A stretch of 64,000 bases of DNA from Candidatus Levyibacteriota bacterium. GTDB taxonomy: Bacteria > Patescibacteriota > Microgenomatia > Levybacterales > UBA12049. Position 1 is the stretch's first letter. Every line of letters starts with the position of its first letter. Below are positions 54,940 to 62,281 of the stretch, one piece after another. The notes under the pieces were generated by a model, which was not told the DNA's origin, made no database searches, and saw only the letters and a program-made list of their open reading frames with translations. A program made the translations under genes and the position numbers. The DNA lies in contig JACPLG010000005.1 of assembly GCA_016186625.1 (NCBI GenBank), forward strand, positions 36,954 to 100,953, read 5' to 3'.

Positions 54940-55452
54940 TCAGGATTTTTTGTCAGATGTGGCAACAGGGGACTTTTCAAGAGCGGTTATCTTTTGCTGA
55001 ATGAACGCCATAGCATTTTTAATATCATCCAAGTCTTTCTGAATATCATGAACGTCTTCTTCCAGCTCTTCTTGAACTTTTTCTTCCTCCTCTTCTTCCT
55101 GTTCCTCTTCAAGCTCACGGTATGTGTCAACAAGGGTTTGTCTATTTTGATTAATCATAATAAATGTTGCCAAGAAAATTGCCTCAAGAGAAACAAGCAT
55201 GGTGAGAAGTCCATAAGGAAATGGGTCAAACGATTTTATGTAACTATGTAAATATCCGGTGGAATTTATAACAAACCAAAGACTGAACCAAATGACATGG
55301 AAATAGACAAAGGGCATGCTTCCTGCCCAATTACTGATAAACTCTGCAAGTTTTCCCTCAACAGAGTGCATTTTCTTAAGCACCTGCTCGGGCTTGGTGC
55401 CTTCGGGAAGGCCCAGGGGAAGCAGGGTGATATTTTCTTTTTTCTTTCTCAT
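54940..55452 (-). CDS. DUF1003 membrane protein with acidic coiled-coil C-terminus
   Basis: FDPFPYGLLTMLVSLEAIFLATFIMINQNRQ matches the DUF1003 core. An EEEQEEEEEE run follows. Confidence 0.55.
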   Translation of the reverse strand: MRKKKENITLLPLGLPEGTKPEQVLKKMHSVEGKLAEFISNWAGSMPFVYFHVIWFSLWFVINSTGYLHSYIKSFDPFPYGLLTMLVSLEAIFLATFIMINQNRQTLVDTYRELEEEQEEEEEEKVQEELEEDVHDIQKDLDDIKNAMAFIQQKITALEKSPVATSDKKS

Positions 55453-55635
55453 AATCTAATTTTAGTCTCATAACTTTGATTGTCAACCCCTTCGTCCAAG
55501 CAATGTTTGCTGTCTTCAGCCCGATTGTTCATCAGGCTTTTGACTTTCAAACATGCTTGTCCTCTCAAATTTCTTCGAAATTTGGACCTCTGCGGAGGGG
55601 ATTATTGCGGTCTGCGCTCTTGAGTAAATAGGAGC

Positions 55636-55669
55636 TTGACATCTAGCAGATGCTATGATAGAGTGCTAA
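55636..55669 (+). promoter_or_regulatory. lon promoter: TTGACA (55636-55641), 17-bp spacer, TAGAGT (55659-55664); contains an exact CIRCE right half-site GAGTGCTAA (55661-55669) with a degenerate left half CTAGCAGAT
   Basis: Hexamers and spacing read directly. The ATG at 55674 lies 9 nt after the -10, so the leader is very short. Confidence 0.5.
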
Positions 55670-55673
55670 TACC

Positions 55674-58043
55674 ATGGAGAAAGTAGTCCCTATAATACCT
55701 ATAAGAGACGGGATAATTTTCCCAAATACAGACTCGGTTTTGACTTTTGGCAGGCCAAAAAGCTTAGCAGCCCTAGAGATTTCATTCTCGCAGGAGCGAA
55801 TTGTCTGTTTTGTACTGCAAAAAAGTGCAAGAGTTAATGACCCCCGACCTTCAGATATATTCACAATCGGAACGCTTTGCCGAATTGAGCGAATGATTAA
55901 GACTGAAGGAGAAATTAACGCGCAAGTCAGAGGCGTTTCAAGAATAAAAATAAAATCTTTTCATGAGAATGAAAATTTTCTCATTGGACATGTTGAGGAA
56001 CTCGAAGAAGAATTGGACGATTCCGCAGAAGTAAAAGCCCTTTGTAATCACCTCACAAATGAATTCCGCCGGGCCATGAATCTTGGTAAAACCGCAGATT
56101 TTCTTATTTTTATGAACATCATGTCACCTGATAATCCTCCGGCGCAGCTTTCCGATTTAATTGCATCTGTTTTAGATTTAAAACCTTCTCAAAAACAGGA
56201 ACTGCTTGAGATGACAAATGTAAAGGCAAGGCTAGAAAGAGTAGCTGAGCTCCTTGCAAAAGAAATAAAAGTATTGGAGCTTGAGAAAAAAATTGCATCA
56301 AAGACTCAAGAGAGGTTTGAAAAAGGAGCAAGGGAGGTAATGCTTAGAGAGCGGCTCAAGACAATTGAAAAAGAACTGGGGGAGTCTGATGAGGATAATG
56401 AGATTAGGGAGCTTATGACAAAAATTAAAGAAGCAGGAATGCCTGAAGAGATTGAAGAGAAAGCCAGAAAAGAGGCCAAAAAACTAGCTCAAATGGCTCA
56501 ATTTAATCCCGAAGCAGGATATATTAGAAATTATCTGGATTGGCTAATTGATCTTCCCTGGAGTAAGGAAAGTAATGGAAGTTTAGATATCAAAAAGGCT
56601 GAAAAAATGCTAAACGATGACCATTTTGGTCTCAAGGATGCGAAAGAGAGGATTGTTGAATATCTGGCAGTTCAGAAGCTGGCTGGAAAAATGAAAGGGC
56701 CAATTCTTTGTTTTGTTGGCCCGCCGGGCGTTGGAAAAACTTCTATTGGAAAGTCTATTGCCCACGCACTGGGACGCGAATTTGTTAAAGTTTCTCTGGG
56801 TGGCATAAGAGACGAAGCTGAAATAAGAGGGCACAGAAGGACCTACGTTGGCGCTTTGCCAGGACGCATTATCCAAGGCATAAAAGATGCAGGGACAAAA
56901 AATCCGGTATTTATGCTTGATGAGATTGATAAAGTAGGCACAGATTTCAGGGGAGATCCGTCTTCAGCTCTTCTTGAGGCGCTTGATCCTGAGCAAAATT
57001 CAGCTTTTTCAGACCATTATCTTGAAGTCCCTTTTGATTTGTCTAATGTTATGTTTATTACAACCGCAAATGTTTTATTCACAATTCCTCCGGCGCTACG
57101 TGATCGCTTGGAAGTTATCAATTTTGCAGGCTATACCCATGATGAGAAGTTTCATATTGCAAACGATTTTTTAATCAAAAAACAGATGGAATCACATGGA
57201 CTGACCAGCAGGGAAATCGAAATTACAGACGGAGGTCTCAAGTTTATTATCGAACACTATACAAGAGAAGCGGGGGTTAGAAATTTGGAACGTCAAATTG
57301 CAAGTCTTCTTCGTAAAGTTGCCAAGCTTGTAGCTGAAGGCAAGAAAAATAAGGTTACAATTACTTCAAAGAATGTTACAAAATTTCTAGGGCCTATAAA
57401 AATGCGCTCAACTATTATTGAGAAAAAAGACGAAGTAGGTATGGCAACAGGACTTGCCTGGACCGAGGCTGGCGGAGATATTTTGTTCATCGAAGTTGCT
57501 CTAATGCCCGGAAAAGGAGACCTTCTTCTGACGGGACAGCTTGGGGATGTTATGAAGGAATCCTGCCGTGCTGCTTTATCCTATGTCAGAGCCCGCGGAA
57601 TTCAGTTTGGTCTTTCTCCTAAATTTTTCCAAAAGATTGATGTTCATGTCCATGTACCTGAGGGCGCCGTTCCAAAAGACGGTCCTTCAGCGGGTATTGC
57701 CATAACTTCCGCTATTGTCTCGGCTCTTTCCAAAATTCCGGTTCGCCGAGTAGTTGGAGCAACAGGCGAGGTTACGCTTCGCGGCCGAGTATTGGAAATT
57801 GGCGGAGTTAAGGAAAAAGTGATAGCGGCGCACCGCGCAGGGCTTAAAACTATAATTTTGCCAAAAGATAATAAAAAAGATCTAATTGACGTACCGAAAG
57901 AAGTTATGAGAGATCTGGAATTTAAATTTGTAACGCATATGGATGATGTTTTAGACATTTCTCTTACAAAACAAATTGGTCGCGAAAAAGCTATAGCAGC
58001 ACATCCTGTTCTTCACGCAGCCTCCCCTACGAAAGCTGACTAA
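55674..58043 (+). CDS. lon: ATP-dependent Lon protease (LonA)
   Basis: LON N-domain, Walker A GPPGVGKTS, Walker B, sensor motifs, and catalytic Ser/Lys (PKDGPSAGIA ... K). Confidence 0.9.
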   Translation: MEKVVPIIPIRDGIIFPNTDSVLTFGRPKSLAALEISFSQERIVCFVLQKSARVNDPRPSDIFTIGTLCRIERMIKTEGEINAQVRGVSRIKIKSFHENENFLIGHVEELEEELDDSAEVKALCNHLTNEFRRAMNLGKTADFLIFMNIMSPDNPPAQLSDLIASVLDLKPSQKQELLEMTNVKARLERVAELLAKEIKVLELEKKIASKTQERFEKGAREVMLRERLKTIEKELGESDEDNEIRELMTKIKEAGMPEEIEEKARKEAKKLAQMAQFNPEAGYIRNYLDWLIDLPWSKESNGSLDIKKAEKMLNDDHFGLKDAKERIVEYLAVQKLAGKMKGPILCFVGPPGVGKTSIGKSIAHALGREFVKVSLGGIRDEAEIRGHRRTYVGALPGRIIQGIKDAGTKNPVFMLDEIDKVGTDFRGDPSSALLEALDPEQNSAFSDHYLEVPFDLSNVMFITTANVLFTIPPALRDRLEVINFAGYTHDEKFHIANDFLIKKQMESHGLTSREIEITDGGLKFIIEHYTREAGVRNLERQIASLLRKVAKLVAEGKKNKVTITSKNVTKFLGPIKMRSTIIEKKDEVGMATGLAWTEAGGDILFIEVALMPGKGDLLLTGQLGDVMKESCRAALSYVRARGIQFGLSPKFFQKIDVHVHVPEGAVPKDGPSAGIAITSAIVSALSKIPVRRVVGATGEVTLRGRVLEIGGVKEKVIAAHRAGLKTIILPKDNKKDLIDVPKEVMRDLEFKFVTHMDDVLDISLTKQIGREKAIAAHPVLHAASPTKAD

Positions 58044-58421
58044 TTGGAAGGTATCAAGGGTACCACATGTATCAGAAGTATCACGGGGAGAACTGTTCGA
58101 GTGTTGACAAACTTATCAATTTGTGGCATTAATTAGTTAATGGCTAAAAGAAAGGTAAGAAGATCAACTCATCACAAAGTAACTTGGGCCGGATTTTCCA
58201 CATCCCAGCTCATAATTATATTCACAATCTTTATCCTTTTCGTCATCTTCTACTTGATGTAGATTTGCAGTTTATACCCCTGACCGGATTGAAATCGATG
58301 TGCGAAGCTATTCCACATCGGAAGTGGAATAGGTATGCGCATCGGGAAAGTTTAGATTTGTTTTGAGGTTTAATTTGAGGTAAGATAGGCACAGGCCGCC
58401 ATCGCCCGCCGGCCAAAGCGA

Positions 58422-58495
58422 GGCCCCATCGTCTAGTGGTTTAGGATATCTGGTTCTCATCCAGAAGATCAGGGGTTCGAATCCCCTTGGGGCTA
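58422..58495 (+). tRNA. tRNA-Glu (anticodon CUC)
   Basis: GGCCCCA-TC-GTC-TAGTGGTTTAG-GAT-A-TCTGG-TTCTCAT-CCAGA-AGATC-AGGGG-TTCGAAT-CCCCT-TGGGGCT-A, 74 nt. Close to E. coli tRNA-Glu. No encoded CCA. Confidence 0.75.
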
Positions 58496-58499
58496 CAGA

Positions 58500-58614
58500 G
58501 GCCAAGCGGGCAGGTCTAGTGGTTCAGGACATCGGGTTCCCCGCCAGCAACGCTTTGCGTAGCAATTTTCGGGCTGGTCATCCCGAAAATCACGGGTTCG
58601 ACTCCCGTTGGCGG
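58500..58614 (+). ncRNA. tRNA-like element of unresolved structure (canonical D-arm and T-arm/3' acceptor; ~35-40 extra nt in the anticodon region; no complementary 5' acceptor strand found)
   Basis: GTCTAGTGGTTCAGGAC duplicates the tRNA-Glu D-arm. ACGGG-TTCGACT-CCCGT-TGGCGGT-A is a canonical T-arm plus acceptor 3' strand. TCGGG...CCCGA could form an anticodon stem bracketing a 44-nt insert. Confidence 0.3.
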
Positions 58615-58662
58615 TACGCCTCGTCAAACTCTTCAGGGTGAGCTTCAGATTTAACTCAGCAC

Positions 58663-58688
58663 AAGCAATTTGTTTGCTTTTTTTCTTT
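58663..58688 (+). terminator. intrinsic terminator AAGCAA-tttgt-TTGCTT followed by a T-run
   Basis: 6-bp stem plus TTTTTTCTTTCTT, directly after the tRNA cluster. Confidence 0.5.
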
Positions 58689-58690
58689 CT

Positions 58691-58698
58691 TGTATAAT
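58691..58698 (+). promoter_or_regulatory. extended -10 promoter TGTATAAT; predicts a leaderless transcript starting at the GTG at 58705
   Basis: TG-n-TATAAT reads directly. 6 nt separate it from the in-frame GTG. Confidence 0.45.
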
Positions 58699-58704
58699 CC
58701 AATT

Positions 58705-59466
58705 GTGGCTGATAAAGTTTATCTTTCTGTTGTAATTCCCTCTTACAATGAAATGCCAAATCTTCGAAAGGGGGTACTCGACAAGATTGATCACTATCTT
58801 TCCCGTCAAAAATATTCTTGGGAAGTAATTATTGTGGATGATGGCTCAGATGACGGGTCATGGGAATTCTTTGATGAATTTGTTAAAGAAAACAGGAACT
58901 TCCGCCTTATTAAAGGTTCGCACTTGGGAAAAGCAGGTGCAGTAACAGCGGGAATGCTTGAAGCCAAAGGAGAAGTTCGATTGTTTACAGATATGGACCA
59001 GGCAACACCAATTGAGGAGACAGAAAAACTTCTGCCGTTTGCTGGTGAAGGTTTTGATCTAGCTATTGGTTCACGAAGCACCAACCGCAAAGGCTCACCG
59101 TTTTCCCGCAGAATTATGTCCCGCGGCATGATTGTTCTTAGGAAATTGATGGTGGGTTTGTATAACATAGAAGATACTCAGTGCGGATTTAAGATATTTA
59201 CAGAAGAAGCTGCCAATAAGCTTTTTAAAAAAATTTATGATTTTCATCACGGTTTTTCAAAGATTCACGGATCAAATGTAGCTGCAGGATTTGATATAGA
59301 GCTCCTATATCTTGCAAATAAGTTTGGTTATAAAATCAAAGAAGTTCCGGTTGAGTGGCTTTATGTTGAGTCAAGACGCGTCAGCCCGATTAATGATTCA
59401 ATCAATGGAATTGTGGATTTACTCCGAATAAGAGCAAATATTTTTAAAAAAGCTTACACCAATTAA
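58705..59466 (+). CDS. family-2 glycosyltransferase (polyprenyl-phosphate sugar synthase-like, CsbB/GtrB-type)
   Basis: LSVVIPSYNE, IIVDDGSDDGS and DMDQATP (DxD) motifs. The listed ORF starts at a TTG (58690). No in-frame ATG precedes the conserved N-terminus, so GTG 58705 is proposed. Confidence 0.7.
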   Translation: MADKVYLSVVIPSYNEMPNLRKGVLDKIDHYLSRQKYSWEVIIVDDGSDDGSWEFFDEFVKENRNFRLIKGSHLGKAGAVTAGMLEAKGEVRLFTDMDQATPIEETEKLLPFAGEGFDLAIGSRSTNRKGSPFSRRIMSRGMIVLRKLMVGLYNIEDTQCGFKIFTEEAANKLFKKIYDFHHGFSKIHGSNVAAGFDIELLYLANKFGYKIKEVPVEWLYVESRRVSPINDSINGIVDLLRIRANIFKKAYTN

Positions 59467-59467
59467 A

Positions 59468-60616
59468 ATGCAGAAATTTTTAATTACTTCCTGGATTTTT
59501 TTTGCCGTCCTTCTACTTTTATATTCTTTTACCCAGGTAGATTTAAGCCTAACCCTTTCTCAATTGTCAATTTGGCAGGAAATTCAGCGGTCCTTTCAGC
59601 AGATAGGCTATTTCCAAAGACCTTTATCTACTCTTATTTTTCTTCTAATTGCTGTTTTAATGTTTGCTCTTTATGCCCTGACTCTTGTTCAGGTTAAAAA
59701 GAAAAAAATAAGCCGCAGATACTTGTTTGGAATAGTCCTCGCTATATCCGGCATATTGTTTTTTTCTTATAACGCATTTTCTTATGACCTGTTTAATTAT
59801 ATTTTTGATGCCAAGATATTCACTTTCTATTTTCAGAATCCTTATTTTCATAAGCCCTTAGATTTTCCGCAAGATCCTATGCTTTCATTTATGCACTGGA
59901 CTCATAGAGTTTATCCGTATGGCCCTACTTGGCTTTTTTTGACAATTCCTCTTTCTTTTTTTGGTTTTAATATTTTCCTCTTAACTTTTTACCTTTTTAA
60001 ATTTTTATCAGTTGTCTCCTTTGTTGCTGCCGCACTTCTTATAGAAAAAATTGCCAAAAAAATTGGAGTCAATTCTTTATTTGCGGTTGGGGTATTTTCA
60101 CTCAATCCTCTGGTGATTATTGAATCTCTTGTTTCTTCCCATAATGATATTGTTATGGTGGCATTCGGACTTTTATCTCTTTTCATGTTTTTTGAAAGAA
60201 AATTTTTCGGCTCGCTATTTTGGCTTATGGTCTCAATCGGTGTTAAATTCGCAACAGTCTTTATGCTCCCTGCATATTTTGCAAAAAAGTTTTTTGAGGT
60301 TAATAACACAAAATTCTTCCTTATATTGACTCTTTCTATGCTTGTTGCTTTATTTTTGGCAACCCTAAGAACGACATTTCAACCTTGGTATTTTCTTTTT
60401 GTTTTACCTTTTTCCGCTTTTATTTCAGAGAAAAAATATATTTTAATTCCTACTTTTGTAATTTCCCTGTCTTCACTTATTTTTTACGCCCCTTTTTTAT
60501 ATTTTGGCAATTGGGATCCGCCAATACCAACATACCTAAACGCATTAATGATATCATCAATCGTTGTTTCAATATTGATAGTTATTGTTGTCAAGATATC
60601 AAACGTTAAACATTAA
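59468..60616 (+). CDS. polytopic membrane protein (possible GT-C/DUF2029-like glycosyltransferase)
   Basis: ~11 hydrophobic helices. Positioned between the GT2 and GT-C genes. Family assignment is tentative. Confidence 0.4.
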   Translation: MQKFLITSWIFFAVLLLLYSFTQVDLSLTLSQLSIWQEIQRSFQQIGYFQRPLSTLIFLLIAVLMFALYALTLVQVKKKKISRRYLFGIVLAISGILFFSYNAFSYDLFNYIFDAKIFTFYFQNPYFHKPLDFPQDPMLSFMHWTHRVYPYGPTWLFLTIPLSFFGFNIFLLTFYLFKFLSVVSFVAAALLIEKIAKKIGVNSLFAVGVFSLNPLVIIESLVSSHNDIVMVAFGLLSLFMFFERKFFGSLFWLMVSIGVKFATVFMLPAYFAKKFFEVNNTKFFLILTLSMLVALFLATLRTTFQPWYFLFVLPFSAFISEKKYILIPTFVISLSSLIFYAPFLYFGNWDPPIPTYLNALMISSIVVSILIVIVVKISNVKH

Positions 60617-60760
60617 ATAGTAAATATTTTCAGAACACTCAGATGATTACTCAGATTACCGGAAAGGTCAGGCAATCAGAAAGTCAGAGGACCGGAATTC
60701 CGAAACGCTGATCTTCTGAGAACATCTGGTTCACTGAGTATTCCGAGTTTTCCGAAAGCG

Positions 60761-62281
60761 GTGTATAATTCTTTTATGGATATAATTTCAAAGCATTCAA
60801 AATTAATTTTGTTTTTTGTTGGCTTGTCTGTCCTCTATTTCATAACACGTCTTTATAACATAACGGAGCTACCCCTTTTTACTGATGAGGCAATTTACAC
60901 ACGCTGGTCTCAGATTGCCAGATTTGATGCAGCCTGGCGCTTCATTTCTTTAACTGACGGAAAGCAGCCCTCTTTTGTCTGGCTTGACATGGCTCTTATG
61001 AGGTTTGTTTCGGACCCTCTTCTTGCAGGACGCTTAGTCTCGGTAGCTTCAGGATTTTTGGGAATGGTAGGAATCTTTTTTTTGGCCAAAGGAATCTTTA
61101 AGAGCAAAAAAACAGGATTACTCACTTCATTTATTTACGCAGTTTTTCCTTTTACTTTGGTATACGATAGGATGGCGCTTTATGAATCTTTAGTTGCCAC
61201 AACTATAATTTGGGGGATTCTTTTTCACGTGCTTTTAGTCAGGAAAATAAGACTTGATATAGCGCTAATCTTAGGGTTTATAATAGGATTTGGGGTTTTA
61301 ACAAAAAGCTCAGCTTTTTTTCTAATATACCTGTTTCCGTTGTCTCTTCTTCTTTTTGATTTTAAACAAAAAAATAGAGTCCTGCAGCTTGCTAAATGGG
61401 CCGGACTTGCAGCTCTTTCAACCGCAATAGGATATGGATTTTACTCAGTTCTTAGACTTTCTCCCTTCTTCCATATAATTGAAGAAAAAAATGGACTATT
61501 TGTATATCCATTTAATGAGTGGATTAATCATCCCTTTGAATTTTTCCAAGGAAACTGGAATGGTCTTATGGATTGGCTAATTGGATATTCTACTATCCCT
61601 TTTCTAATCATTGTCATTTTATCTTTTGTTATAGGACGAAAAAAATTATTAAAAGAAAAGCTTTTTTTACTTCTCTGGTTTTTTGTACCATTCGTAGCTC
61701 TTGCTCTTTTTGGAAGAATACTTTATCCAAGATTTATATTATTTATGACAATACCACTGCTAGTTTTAGGGGCATACTCAATAATATATATGATAGACAA
61801 GGTAGCGAAAAATTATCAAAAAGTCATAATTTTACTGTTTGCTTTTGGACTCATGTTGCGGTCTGATTATTACATTCTTACCGATTTTGCCAGGGCTCCA
61901 ATTCCAAAAGCAGATACTGATCAGTTTATAAACGCCTGGCCGGCAGGTGGTGGTGTCAGGGAAATTGTGGCATTTCTTGATCAAGAATCAAAAAAAGGCA
62001 AAATATATGTTGCAACGGAGGGAACTTTTGGATCGCTCCCAACATATGCAACAGAAATTTATCTAGATATGAATAAAAACATAGAAAAAAGAGGAATTTG
62101 GCCAACAACCCCACAAATTCCCGAGGATCTAGTTGAAAAAGCCGAAACCATGAGAGTGTTTTACGTTTTCAATGACTCCCAAAGCCCTCCTCCTGCGTAT
62201 CCAGTAAAACTAATTGCAAAATATCAAAAAGGGATAGGTGACTCCTACATGAGCCTTTATGAAGTTCTTCCAAATCGTTAA
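60761..62281 (+). CDS. GT-C membrane glycosyltransferase (PMT/ArnT family 39/83-like)
   Basis: First-loop acidic motif LFTDEAIYTRWSQ, multiple TM helices, ~500 aa. Confidence 0.65.
   Translation: MYNSFMDIISKHSKLILFFVGLSVLYFITRLYNITELPLFTDEAIYTRWSQIARFDAAWRFISLTDGKQPSFVWLDMALMRFVSDPLLAGRLVSVASGFLGMVGIFFLAKGIFKSKKTGLLTSFIYAVFPFTLVYDRMALYESLVATTIIWGILFHVLLVRKIRLDIALILGFIIGFGVLTKSSAFFLIYLFPLSLLLFDFKQKNRVLQLAKWAGLAALSTAIGYGFYSVLRLSPFFHIIEEKNGLFVYPFNEWINHPFEFFQGNWNGLMDWLIGYSTIPFLIIVILSFVIGRKKLLKEKLFLLLWFFVPFVALALFGRILYPRFILFMTIPLLVLGAYSIIYMIDKVAKNYQKVIILLFAFGLMLRSDYYILTDFARAPIPKADTDQFINAWPAGGGVREIVAFLDQESKKGKIYVATEGTFGSLPTYATEIYLDMNKNIEKRGIWPTTPQIPEDLVEKAETMRVFYVFNDSQSPPPAYPVKLIAKYQKGIGDSYMSLYEVLPNR

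Noticed and set aside
58396-58614. A tmRNA or two-piece tmRNA interpretation of the T-arm/acceptor 3' strand at 58590-58614 pairing with GCCGCCA at 58396
   Set aside because: It would require tRNA-Glu to be nested inside the molecule and leaves only ~220 nt with no tag-peptide reading frame or pseudoknots recognisable. A permuted-gene arrangement also fails because no complementary 5' acceptor strand follows the T-arm.
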